NCBI GenBank assembly: GCA_964057225.1
Contig: OZ059900.1
Coordinates: 21,204,001-21,268,000 of the forward strand
Reading direction: 5' to 3'
Source: Auanema rhodensis
Lineage: Eukaryota > Animalia > Nematoda
Length of the DNA stretch: 64,000 bases
Under the pieces are notes generated by a model, which was not told where the DNA came from, ran no database searches, and worked only from the letters and a program-made list of their open reading frames with translations. The translations under genes and the position numbers were made by a program. Shown piece by piece: positions 12,401 through 26,520 of the stretch (position 1 is its first letter; every line of letters begins with the position of its first letter).

Positions 12401-15400
12401 ATTTTTGTTCATATGAGTCGTCAAATGCAACGAATTTCAGCGTGTTACATACTAAAATGAAGCATTTTACATGCTGAACACTAGAAAAATACAAAAACAC
12501 AGTATTTCCCATGAGAAATATGTTATTATGCTGGAAAACCAGTTTTTGGAAATTTCGCTGTAAACAAGGTTTTGACTTACGATTTCATGTGTTCAAACTC
12601 ATGCAATGTCAATGAAACCTAGCTCAAAATTGTTCGTACAACGTCTAGTTCCACTTTCACGACAAAAAAACAGGGGTTAGAAAATTAAGGAAATTAGCAT
12701 ATTCTGAGGGCACGCCCCTTATGGCTAATATTGATTAAATCGATTTTTGTTCATATGAGTCGTCAAATGCAACGAATTTCAGCGTGTTACATACTAAAAT
12801 GAAGCATTTCACATGCTGAACACTAGAAAAATACAAAAACACAGTATTTCCCATGAGAAATATTTTATTATGCTGGAAAACCAGTTTTTGGAAATTTCGC
12901 TGTAAACAAGGTTTTGACTTACGATTTCATGTGTTCAAACTCATGCAATGTCAATGAAACCTAGCTCAAAATTGTTCGTACAACGTCTAGTTCCACTTTC
13001 ACGACAAAAAAACAGGGGTTAGAAAATTAAGGAAATTAGCATATTCTGAGGGCACGCCCCTTATGGCTAATATTGATTAAATCGATTTTTGTTCATATGA
13101 GTCGTCAAATGCAACGAATTTCAGCGTGTTACATACTAAAATGAAGCATTTCACATGCTGAACACTAGAAAAATACAAAAACACAGTATTTCCCATGAGA
13201 AATATTTTATTATGCTGGAAAACCAGTTTTTGGAAATTTCGCTGTAAACAAGGTTTTGACTTACGATTTCATGTGTTCAAACTCATGCAATGTCAATGAA
13301 ACCTAGCTCAAAATTGTTCGTACAACGTCTAGTTCCACTTTCACGACAAAAAAACAGGGGTTAGAAAATTAAGGAAATTAGCATATTCTGAGGGCACGCC
13401 CCTTATGGCTAATATTGATTAAATCGATTTTTGTTCATATGAGTCGTCAAATGCAACGAATTTCAGCGTGTTACATACTAAAATGAAGCATTTCACATGC
13501 TGAACACTAGAAAAATACAAAAACACAGTATTTCCCATGAGAAATATTTTATTATGCTGGAAAACCAGTTTTTGGAAATTTCGCTGTAAACAAGGTTTTG
13601 ACTTACGATTTCATGTGTTCAAACTCATGCAATGTCAATGAAACCTAGCTCAAAATTGTTCGTACAACGTCTAGTTCCACTTTCACGACAAAAAAACAGG
13701 GGTTAGAAAATTAAGGAAATTAGCATATTCTGAGGGCACGCCCCTTATGGCTAATATTGATTAAATCGATTTTTGTTCATATGAGTCGTCAAATGCAACG
13801 AATTTCAGCGTGTTACATACTAAAATGAAGCATTTTACATGCTGAACACTAGAAAAATACAAAAACACAGTATTTCCCATGAGAAATATTTTATTATGCT
13901 GGAAAACCAGTTTTTGGAAATTTCGCTGTAAACAAGGTTTTGACTTACGATTTCATGTGTTCAAACTCATGCAATGTCAATGAAACCTAGCTCAAAATTG
14001 TTCGTACAACGTCTAGTTCCACTTTCACGACAAAAAAACAGGGGTTAGAAAATTAAGGGAATTAGCATATTCTGAGGGCACGCCCCTTATGGCTAATATT
14101 GATTAAATCGATTTTTGTTCATATGAGTCGTCAAATGCAACGAATTTCAGCGTGTTACATACTAAAATGAAGCATTTTACATGCTGAACACTAGAAAAAT
14201 ACAAAAACACAGTATTTCCCATGAGAAATATTTTATTATGCTGGAAAACCAGTTTTTGGAAATTTCGCTGTAAACAAGGTTTTGACTTACGATTTCATGT
14301 GTTCAAACTCATGCAATGTCAATGAAACCTAGCTCAAAATTGTTCGTACAACGTCTAGTTCCACTTTCACGACAAAAAAACAGGGGTTAGAAAATTAAGG
14401 GAATTAGCATATTCTGAGGGCACGCCCCTTATGGCTAATATTGATTAAATCGATTTTTGTTCATATGAGTCGTCAAATGCAACGAATTTCAGCGTGTTAC
14501 ATACTAAAATGAAGCATTTTACATGCTGAACACTAGAAAAATACAAAAACACAGTATTTTCCATGAGAAATATTTTATTATGCTGGAAAACCAGTTTTTG
14601 GAAATTTCGCTGTAAACAAGGTTTTGACTTACGATTTCATGTGTTCAAACTCATGCAATGTCAATGAAACCTAGCTCAAAATTGTTCGTACAACGTCTAG
14701 TTCCACTTTCACGACAAAAAAACAGGGGTTAGAAAATTAAGGGAATTAGCATATTCTGAGGGCACGCCCCTTATGGCTAATATTGATTAAATCGATTTTT
14801 GTTCATATGAGTCGTCAAATGCAACGAATTTCAGCGTGTTACATACTAAAATGAAGCATTTTACATGCTGAACACTAGAAAAATACAAAAACACAGTATT
14901 TCCCATGAGAAATATTTTATTATGCTGGAAAACCAGTTTTTGGAAATTTCGCTGTAAACAAGGTTTTGACTTACGATTTCATGTGTTCAAACTCATGCAA
15001 TGTCAATGAAACCTAGCTCAAAATTGTTCGTACAACGTCTAGTTCCACTTTCACGACAAAAAAACAGGGGTTAGAAAATTAAGGGAATTAGCATATTCTG
15101 AGGGCACGCCCCTTATGGCTAATATTGATTAAATCGATTTTTGTTCATATGAGTCGTCAAATGCAACGAATTTCAGCGTGTTACATACTAAAATGAAGCA
15201 TTTTACATGCTGAACACTAGAAAAATACAAAAACACAGTATTTTCCATGAGAAATATTTTATTATGCTGGAAAACCAGTTTTTGGAAATTTCGCTGTAAA
15301 CAAGGTTTTGACTTACGATTTCATGTGTTCAAACTCATGCAATGTCAATGAAACCTAGCTCAAAATTGTTCGTACAACGTCTAGTTCCACTTTCACGACA

Positions 15401-18400
15401 AAAAAACAGGGGTTAGAAAATTAAGGAAATTAGCATATTCTGAGGGCACGCCCCTTATGGCTAATATTGATTAAATCGATTTTTGTTCATATGAGTCGTC
15501 AAATGCAACGAATTTCAGCGTGTTACATACTAAAATGAAGCATTTTACATGCTGAACACTAGAAAAATACAAAAACACAGTATTTCCCATGAGAAATATT
15601 TTATTATGCTGGAAAACCAGTTTTTGGAAATTTCGCTGTAAACAAGGTTTTGACTTACGATTTCATGTGTTCAAACTCATGCAATGTCAATGAAACCTAG
15701 CTCAAAATTGTTCGTACAACGTCTAGTTCCACTTTCACGACAAAAAAACAGGGGTTAGAAAATTAAGGGAATTAGCATATTCTGAGGGCACGCCCCTTAT
15801 GGCTAATATTGATTAAATCGATTTTTGTTCATATGAGTCGTCAAATGCAACGAATTTCAGCGTGTTACATACTAAAATGAAGCATTTTACATGCTGAACA
15901 CTAGAAAAATACAAAAACACAGTATTTCCCATGAGAAATATTTTATTATGCTGGAAAACCAGTTTTTGGAAATTTCGCTGTAAACAAGGTTTTGACTTAC
16001 GATTTCATGTGTTCAAACTCATGCAATGTCAATGAAACCTAGCTCAAAATTGTTCGTACAACGTCTAGTTCCACTTTCACGACAAAAAAACAGGGGTTAG
16101 AAAATTAAGGAAATTAGCATATTCTGAGGGCACGCCCCTTATGGCTAATATTGATTAAATCGATTTTTGTTCATATGAGTCGTCAAATGCAACGAATTTC
16201 AGCGTGTTACATACTAAAATGAAGCATTTTACATGCTGAACACTAGAAAAATACAAAAAACACAGTATTTCCCATGAGAAATATTTTATTATGCTGGAAA
16301 ACCAGTTTTGGAAATTTCGCTGTAAACAAGGTTTTGACTTACGATTTCATGTGTTCAAACTCATGCAATGTCAATGAAACCTAGCTCAAAATTGTTCGTA
16401 CAACGTCTAGTTCCACTTTCACGACAAAAAAACAGGGGTTAGAAAATTAAGGAAATTAGCATATTCTGAGGGCACGCCCCTTATGGCTAATATTGATTAA
16501 ATCGATTTTTGTTCATATGAGTCGTCAAATGCAACGAATTTCAGCGTGTTACATACTAAAATGAAGCATTTTACATGCTGAACACTAGAAAAATACAAAA
16601 ACACAGTATTTCCCATGAGAAATATTTTATTATGCTGGAAAACCAGTTTTTGGAAATTTCGCTGTAAACAAGGTTTTGACTTACGATTTCATGTGTTCAA
16701 ACTCATGCAATGTCAATGAAACCTAGCTCAAAATTGTTCGTACAACGTCTAGTTCCACTTTCACGACAAAAAAACAGGGGTTAGAAAATTAAGGAAATTA
16801 GCATATTCTGAGGGCACGCCCCTTATGGCTAATATTGATTAAATCGATTTTTGTTCATATGAGTCGTCAAATGCAACGAATTTCAGCGTGTTACATACTA
16901 AAATGAAGCATTTTACATGCTGAACACTAGAAAAATACAAAAACACAGTATTTTCCATGAGAAATATTTTATTATGCTGGAAAACCAGTTTTTGGAAATT
17001 TCGCTGTAAACAAGGTTTTGACTTACGATTTCATGTGTTCAAACTCATGCAATGTCAATGAAACCTAGCTCAAAATTGTTCGTACAACGTCTAGTCCACT
17101 TTCACGACAAAAAAACAGGGGTTAGAAAATTAAGGAAATTAGCATATTCTGAGGGCACGCCCCTTATGGCTAATATTGATTAAATCGATTTTTGTTCATA
17201 TGAGTCGTCAAATGCAACGAATTTCAGCGTGTTACATACTAAAATGAAGCATTTTACATGCTGAACACTAGAAAAATACAAAAACACAGTATTTCCCATG
17301 AGAAATATTTTATTATGCTGGAAAACCAGTTTTTGGAAATTTCGCTGTAAACAAGGTTTTGACTTACGATTTCATGTGTTCAAACTCATGCAATGTCAAT
17401 GAAACCTAGCTCAAAATTGTTCGTACAACGTCTAGTTCCACTTTCACGACAAAAAAACAGGGGTTAGAAAATTAAGGAAATTAGCATATTCTGAGGGCAC
17501 GCCCCTTATGGCTAATATTGATTAAATCGATTTTTGTTCATATGAGTCGTCAAATGCAACGAATTTCAGCGTGTTACATACTAAAATGAAGCATTTTACA
17601 TGCTGAAAACTAGAAAAATACAAAAACACAGTATTTCCCATGAGAAATATTTTATTATGCTGGAAAACCAGTTTTTGGAAATTTCGCTGTAAACAAGGTT
17701 TTGACTTACGATTTCATGTGTTCAAACTCATGCAATGTCAATGAAACCTAGCTCAAAATTGTTCGTACAACGTCTAGTTCCACTTTCACGACAAAAAAAC
17801 AGGGGTTAGAAAATTAAGGAAATTAGCATATTCTGAGGGCACGCCCCTTATGGCTAATATTGATTAAATCGATTTTTGTTCATATGAGTCGTCAAATGCA
17901 ACGAATTTCAGCGTGTTACATACTAAAATGAAGCATTTTACATGCTGAACACTAGAAAAATACAAAAACACAGTATTTCCCATGAGAAATATTTTATTAT
18001 GCTGGAAAACCAGTTTTTGGAAATTTCGCTGTAAACAAGGTTTTGACTTACGATTTCATGTGTTCAAACTCATGCAATGTCAATGAAACCTAGCTCAAAA
18101 TTGTTCGTACAACGTCTAGTTCCACTTTCACGACAAAAAACAGGGGTTAGAAAATTAAGGGAATTAGCATATTCTGAGGGCACGCCCCTTATGGCTAATA
18201 TTGATTAAATCGATTTTTGTTCATATGAGTCGTCAAATGCAACGAATTTCAGCGTGTTACATACTAAAATGAAGCATTTTACATGCTGAACACTAGAAAA
18301 ATACAAAAACACAGTATTTCCCATGAGAAATATTTTATTATGCTGGAAAACCAGTTTTTGGAAATTTCGCTGTAAACAAGGTTTTGACTTACGATTTCAT

Positions 18401-21400
18401 GTGTTCAAACTCATGCAATGTCAATGAAACCTAGCTCAAAATTGTTCGTACAACGTCTAGTTCCACTTTCACGACAAAAAAACAGGGGTTAGAAAATTAA
18501 GGGAATTAGCATATTCTGAGGGCACGCCCCTTATGGCTAATATTGATTAAATCGATTTTTGTTCATATGAGTCGTCAAATGCAACGAATTTCAGCGTGTT
18601 ACATACTAAAATGAAGCATTTTACATGCTGAACACTAGAAAAATACAAAAACACAGTATTTTCCCATGAGAAATATTTTATTATGCTGGAAAACCAGTTT
18701 TTGGAAATTTCGCTGTAAACAAGGTTTTGACTTACGATTTCATGTGTTCAAACTCATGCAATGTCAATGAAACCTAGCTCAAAATTGTTCGTACAACGTC
18801 TAGTCCCACTTTCACGACAAAAAAACAGGGGTTAGAAAATTAAGGAAATTAGCATATTCTGAGGGCACGCCCCTTATGGCTAATATTGATTAAATCGATT
18901 TTTGTTCATATGAGTCGTCAAATGCAACGAATTTCAGCGTGTTACATACTAAAATGAAGCATTTTACATGCTGAACACTAGAAAAATACAAAACACAGTA
19001 TTTCCCATGAGAAATATGTTATTATGCTGGAAAACCAGTTTTTGGAAATTTCGCTGTAAACAAGGTTTTGACTTACGATTTCATGTGTTCAAACTCATGC
19101 AATGTCAATGAAACCTAGCTCAAAATTGTTCGTACAACGTCTAGTTCCACTTTCACGACAAAAAAACAGGGGTTAGAAAATTAAGGAAATTAGCATATTC
19201 TGAGGGCACGCCCCTTATGGCTAATATTGATTAAATCGATTTTTGTTCATATGAGTCGTCAAATGCAACGAATTTCAGCGTGTTACATACTAAAATGAAG
19301 CATTTCACATGCTGAACACTAGAAAAATACAAAAACACAGTATTTCCCATGAGAAATATTTTATTATGCTGGAAAACCAGTTTTTGGAAATTTCGCTGTA
19401 AACAAGGTTTTGACTTACGATTTCATGTGTTCAAACTCATGCAATGTCAATGAAACCTAGCTCAAAATTGTTCGTACAACGTCTAGTTCCACTTTCACGA
19501 CAAAAAAACAGGGGTTAGAAAATTAAGGAAATTAGCATATTCTGAGGGCACGCCCCTTATGGCTAATATTGATTAAATCGATTTTTGTTCATATGAGTCG
19601 TCAAATGCAACGAATTTCAGCGTGTTACATACTAAAATGAAGCATTTCACATGCTGAACACTAGAAAAATACAAAAACACAGTATTTCCCATGAGAAATA
19701 TTTTATTATGCTGGAAAACCAGTTTTTGGAAATTTCGCTGTAAACAAGGTTTTGACTTACGATTTCATGTGTTCAAACTCATGCAATGTCAATGAAACCT
19801 AGCTCAAAATTGTTCGTACAACGTCTAGTTCCACTTTCACGACAAAAAAACAGGGGTTAGAAAATTAAGGAAATTAGCATATTCTGAGGGCACGCCCCTT
19901 ATGGCTAATATTGATTAAATCGATTTTTGTTCATATGAGTCGTCAAATGCAACGAATTTCAGCGTGTTACATACTAAAATGAAGCATTTCACATGCTGAA
20001 CACTAGAAAAATACAAAAACACAGTATTTCCCATGAGAAATATTTTATTATGCTGGAAAACCAGTTTTTGGAAATTTCGCTGTAAACAAGGTTTTGACTT
20101 ACGATTTCATGTGTTCAAACTCATGCAATGTCAATGAAACCTAGCTCAAAATTGTTCGTACAACGTCTAGTTCCACTTTCACGACAAAAAAACAGGGGTT
20201 AGAAAATTAAGGAAATTAGCATATTCTGAGGGCACGCCCCTTATGGCTAATATTGATTAAATCGATTTTTGTTCATATGAGTCGTCAAATGCAACGAATT
20301 TCAGCGTGTTACATACTAAAATGAAGCATTTTACATGCTGAACACTAGAAAAATACAAAAACACAGTATTTCCCATGAGAAATATTTTATTATGCTGGAA
20401 AACCAGTTTTTGGAAATTTCGCTGTAAACAAGGTTTTGACTTACGATTTCATGTGTTCAAACTCATGCAATGTCAATGAAACCTAGCTCAAAATTGTTCG
20501 TACAACGTCTAGTTCCACTTTCACGACAAAAAAACAGGGGTTAGAAAATTAAGGAAATTAGCATATTCTGAGGGCACGCCCCTTATGGCTAATATTGATT
20601 AAATCGATTTTTGTTCATATGAGTCGTCAAATGCAACGAATTTCAGCGTGTTACATACTAAAATGAAGCATTTTACATGCTGAACACTAGAAAAATACAA
20701 AAACACAGTATTTCCCATGAGAAATATTTTATTATGCTGGAAAACCAGTTTTTGGAAATTTCGCTGTAAACAAGGTTTTGACTTACGATTTCATGTGTTC
20801 AAACTCATGCAATGTCAATGAAACCTAGCTCAAAATTGTTCGTACAACGTCTAGTTCCACTTTCACGACAAAAAAACAGGGGTTAGAAAATTAAGGAAAT
20901 TAGCATATTCTGAGGGCACGCCCCTTATGGCTAATATTGATTAAATCGATTTTTGTTCATATGAGTCGTCAAATGCAACGAATTTCAGCGTGTTACATAC
21001 TAAAATGAAGCATTTTACATGCTGAACACTAGAAAAATACAAAAACACAGTATTTCCCATGAGAAATATTTTATTATGCTGGAAAACCAGTTTTTGGAAA
21101 TTTCGCTGTAAACAAGGTTTTGACTTACGATTTCATGTGTTCAAACTCATGCAATGTCAATGAAACCTAGCTCAAAATTGTTCGTACAACGTCTAGTTCC
21201 ACTTTCACGACAAAAAAACAGGGGTTAGAAAATTAAGGAAATTAGCATATTCTGAGGACACGCCCCTTATGGCTAATATTGATTAAATCGATTTTTGTTC
21301 ATATGAGTCGTCAAATGCAACGAATTTCAGCGTGTTACATACTAAAATGAAGCATTTTACATGCTGAACACTAGAAAAATACAAAAACACAGTATTTTCC

Positions 21401-21869
21401 ATGAGAAATATTTTATTATGCTGGAAAACCAGTTTTTGGAAATTTCGCTGTAAACAAGGTTTTGACTTACGATTTCATGTGTTCAAACTCATGCAATGTC
21501 AATGAAACCTAGCTCAAAATTGTTCGTACAACGTCTAGTCCCACTTTCACGACAAAAAAACAGGGGTTAGAAAATTAAGGAAATTAGCATATTCTGAGGG
21601 CACGCCCCTTATGGCTAATATTGATTAAATCGATTTTTGTTCATATGAGTCGTCAAATGCAACGAATTTCAGCGTGTTACATACTAAAATGAAGCATTTT
21701 ACATGCTGAACACTAGAAAAATACAAAAACACAGTATTTCCCATGAGAAATATTTTATTATGCTGGAAAACCAGTTTTTGGAAATTTCGCTGTAAACAAG
21801 GTTTTGACTTACGATTTCATGTGTTCAAACTCATGCAATGTCAATGAAACCTAGCTCAAAATTGTTTGT

Positions 21870-24800
21870 ACAACGTCTAGTTCCACTTTCACGACAAAAA
21901 AACAGGGGTTAGAAAATTAAGGGAATTAGCATATTCTGAGGGCACGCCCCTTATGGCTAATATTGATTAAATCGATTTTTGTTCATATGAGTCGTCAAAT
22001 GCAACGAATTTCAGCGTGTTACATACTAAAATGAAGCATTTTACATGCTGAACACTAAAAAAATACAAAAACACAGTATTTCCCATGAGAAATATTTTAT
22101 TATGCTGGAAAACCAGTTTTTGGAAATTTCGCTGTAAACAAGGTTTTGACTTACGATTTCATGTGTTCAAACTCATGCAATGTCAATGAAACCTAGCTCA
22201 AAATTGTTCGTACAACGTCTAGTCCCACTTTCACGACAAAAAAACAGGGGTTAGAAAATTAAGGAAATTAGCATATTCTGAGGGCACGCCCCTTATGGCT
22301 AATATTGATTAAATCGATTTTTGTTCATATGAGTCGTCAAATGCAACGAATTTCAGCGTGTTACATACTAAAATGAAGCATTTTACATGCTGAACACTAG
22401 AAAAATACAAAAACACAGTATTTCCCATGAGAAATATTTTATTATGCTGGAAAACCAGTTTTTGGAAATTTCGCTGTAAACAAGGTTTTGACTTACGATT
22501 TCATGTGTTCAAACTCATGCAATGTCAATAAAACCTAGCTCAAAAGTGTTTGTACAACGTCTAGTCCCACTTTCACGGCCAAAAAACAGGGGTTAGAAAA
22601 TTAAGGAAATTAGCATATTCTGAGGGCACGCCCCTTATGGCTAATATTGATTAAATCGATTTTTGTTCATATGAGTCGTCAAATGCAACGAATTTCAGCG
22701 TGTTACATACTAAAATGAAGCATTTTACATGCTGAACACTAGAAAAATACAAAAACACAGTATTTCCCATGAGAAATATTTTATTATGCTGGAAAACCAG
22801 TTTTTGGAAATTTCGCTGTAAACAAGGTTTTGACTTACGATTTCATGTGTTCAAACTCATGCAATGTCAATGAAACCTAGCTCAAAATTGTTCGTACAAC
22901 GTCTAGTTCCACTTTCACGACAAAAAAACAGGGGTTAGAAAATTAAGGAAATTAGCATATTCTGAGGGCACGCCCCTTATGGCTAATATTGATTAAATCG
23001 ATTTTTGTTCATATGAGTCGTCAAATGCAACGAATTTCAGCGTGTTACATACTAAAATGAAGCATTTTACATGCTGAACACTAGAAAAATACAAAAACAC
23101 AGTATTTCCCATGAGAAATATTTTATTATGCTGGAAAACCAGTTTTTGGAAATTTCGCTGTAAACAAGGTTTTGACTTACGATTTCATGTGTTCAAACTC
23201 ATGCAATGTCAATGAAACCTAGCTCAAAATTGTTCGTACAACGTCTAGTCCCACTTTCACGACAAAAAAACAGGGGTTAGAAAATTAAGGAAATTAGCAT
23301 ATTCTGAGGGTACGCCCCTTATGGCTAATATTGATTAAATCGATTTTTGTTCATATGAGTCGTCAAATGCAACGAATTTCAGCGTGTTACATACTAAAAT
23401 GAAGCATTTTACATGCTGAACACTAGAAAAATACAAAAACACAGTATTTCCCATGAGAAATATTTTATTATGCTGGAAAACCAGTTTTTGGAAATTTCGC
23501 TGTAAACAAGGTTTTGACTTACGATTTCATGTGTTCAAACTCATGCAATGTCAATGAAACCTAGCTCAAAATTGTTCGTACAACGTCTAGTTCCACTTTC
23601 ACGACAAAAAAACAGGGGTTAGAAAATTAAGGGAATTAGCATATTCTGAGGGCACGCCCCTTATGGCTAATATTGATTAAATCGATTTTTGTTCATATGA
23701 GTCGTCAAATGCAACGAATTTCAGCGTGTTACATACTAAAATGAAGTATTTTACATGCTGAACACTAGAAAAATACAAAAACACAGTATTTCCCATGAGA
23801 AATATTTTATTATGCTGGAAAACCAGTTTTTGGAAATTTCGCTGTAAACAAGGTTTTGACTTACGATTTCATGTGTTCAAACTCATGCAATGTCAATGAA
23901 ACCTAGCTCAAAATTGTTCGTACAACGTCTAGTTCCACTTTCACGACAAAAAAACAGGGGTTAGAAAATTAAGGAAATTAGCATATTCTGAGGGCACGCC
24001 CCTTATGGCTAATATTGATTAAATCGATTTTTGTTAATATGAGTCGTCAAATGCAACGAATTTCAGCGTGTTACATACTAAAATGAAGCATTTTACATGC
24101 TGAACACTAGAAAAATACAAAAACACAGTATTTCCCATGAGAAATATTTTATTATGCTGGAAAACCAGTTTTTGGAAATTTCGCTGTAAACAAGGTTTTG
24201 ACTTACGATTTCATGTGTTCAAACTCATGCAATGTCAATGAAACCTAGCTCAAAATTGTTTGTACAACGTCTAGTTCCACTTTCACGACAAAAAAACAGG
24301 GGTTAGAAAATTAAGGGAATTAGCATATTCTGAGGGCACGCCCCTTATGGCTAATATTGATTAAATCGATTTTTGTTCATATGAGTCGTCAAATGCAACG
24401 AATTTCAGCGTGTTACATACTAAAATGAAGTATTTTACATGCTGAACACTAGAAAAATACAAAAACACAGTATTTCCCATGAGAAATATTTTATTATGCT
24501 GGAAAACCAGTTTTTGGAAATTTCGCTGTAAACAAGGTTTTGACTTACGATTTCATGTGTTCAAACTCATGCAATGTCAATGAAACCTAGCTCAAAATTG
24601 TTCGTACAACGTCTAGTTCCACTTTCACGACAAAAAAACAGGGGTTAGAAAATTAAGGAAATTAGCATATTCTGAGGGCACGCCCCTTATGGCTAATATT
24701 GATTAAATCGATTTTTGTTAATATGAGTCGTCAAATGCAACGAATTTCAGCGTGTTACATACTAAAATGAAGCATTTTACATGCTGAACACTAGAAAAAT

Positions 24801-26516
24801 ACAAAAACACAGTATTTCCCATGAGAAATATTTTATTATGCTGGAAAACCAGTTTTTGGAAATTTCGCTGTAAACAAGGTTTTGACTTACGATTTCATGT
24901 GTTCAAACTCATGCAATGTCAATGAAACCTAGCTCAAAATTGTTTGTACAACGTCTAGTTCCACTTTCACGACAAAAAAACAGGGGTTAGAAAATTAAGG
25001 GAATTAGCATATTCTGAGGGCACGCCCCTTATGGCTAATATTGATTAAATCGATTTTTGTTCATATGAGTCGTCAAATGCAACGAATTTCAGCGTGTTAC
25101 ATACTAAAATGAAGCATTTTACATGCTGAACACTAAAAAAATACAAAAACACAGTATTTCCCATGAGAAATATTTTATTATGCTGGAAAACCAGTTTTTG
25201 GAAATTTCGCTGTAAACAAGGTTTTGACTTACGATTTCATGTGTTCAAACTCATGCAATGTCAATGAAACCTAGCTCAAAATTGTTCGTACAACGTCTAG
25301 TCCCACTTTCACGACAAAAAAACAGGGGTTAGAAAATTAAGGAAATTAGCATATTCTGAGGGCACGCCCCTTATGGCTAATATTGATTAAATCGATTTTT
25401 GTTCATATGAGTCGTCAAATGCAACGAATTTCAGCGTGTTACATACTAAAATGAAGCATTTTACATGCTGAACACTAGAAAAATACAAAAACACAGTATT
25501 TCCCATGAGAAATATTTTATTATGCTGGAAAACCAGTTTTTGGAAATTTCGCTGTAAACAAGGTTTTGACTTACGATTTCATGTGTTCAAACTCATGCAA
25601 TGTCAATAAAACCTAGCTCAAAAGTGTTTGTACAACGTCTAGTCCCACTTTCACGGCCAAAAAACAGGGGTTAGAAAATTAAGGAAATTAGCATATTCTG
25701 AGGGCACGCCCCTTATGGCTAATATTGATTAAATCGATTTTTGTTCATATGAGTCGTCAAATGCAACGAATTTCAGCGTGTTACATACTAAAATGAAGCA
25801 TTTTACATGCTGAACACTAGAAAAATACAAAAACACAGTATTTCCCATGAGAAATATTTTATTATGCTGGAAAACCAGTTTTTGGAAATTTCGCTGTAAA
25901 CAAGGTTTTGACTTACGATTTCATGTGTTCAAACTCATGCAATGTCAATGAAACCTAGCTCAAAATTGTTCGTACAACGTCTAGTTCCACTTTCACGACA
26001 AAAAAACAAGGGTTAGAAAATTAAGGAAATTAGCATATTCTGAGGGCACGCCCCTTATGGCTAATATTGATTAAATCGATTTTTGTTCATATGAGTCGTC
26101 AAATGCAACGAATTTCAGCGTGTTACATACTAAAATGAAGCATTTTACATGCTGAACACTAGAAAAATACAAAAACACAGTATTTCCCATGAGAAATATT
26201 TTATTATGCTGGAAAACCAGTTTTTGGAAATTTCGCTGTAAACAAGGTTTTGACTTACGATTTCATGTGTTCAAACTCATGCAATGTCAATGAAACCTAG
26301 CTCAAAATTGTTCGTACAACGTCTAGTCCCACTTTCACGACAAAAAAACAGGGGTTAGAAAATTAAGGAAATTAGCATATTCTGAGGGTACGCCCCTTAT
26401 GGCTAATATTGATTAAATCGATTTTTGTTCATATGAGTCGTCAAATGCAACGAATTTCAGCGTGTTACATACTAAAATGAAGCATTTTACATGCTGAACA
26501 CTAGAAAAATACAAAA
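21870..26516 (+). repeat. 9-monomer (3078-bp) higher-order duplication, second copy cut by the inversion
   Basis: Rare variants recur 3078 bp apart: CACTAAAAAA at 22058/25136, TCAATAAAA at 22530/25608, GAGGGTAC at 23311/26389. Confidence 0.88.
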
Positions 26517-26520
26517 TCAA
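26511..26520. other. Orientation-switch (inversion) junction within the satellite array
   Basis: ...CTAGAAAAATACAA[AA]TCAATATTAGCC...: forward monomer up to position 199-201 is fused to reverse-complement monomer from position 99-97. The AA at 26515-26516 fits either side and there is no inserted sequence. Confidence 0.96.

Larger units (their letters stand above)
1..26516 (+). repeat. 342-bp tandem satellite DNA array, orientation A (about 77.6 monomers; strand label arbitrary)
   Basis: The unit ACAACGTCTAGTTCCACTTTCACGAC...CTCAAAATTGTTCGT restarts at 1, 343, 685, 1027, 1369, 1711 and so on, an exact 342-bp period. Phase shifts only at a 17-bp deletion (about 3354) and at 1-bp indels (16.2-19.0 kb). 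The last monomer starts at 26316 and is truncated at about monomer position 201. Confidence 0.99.
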
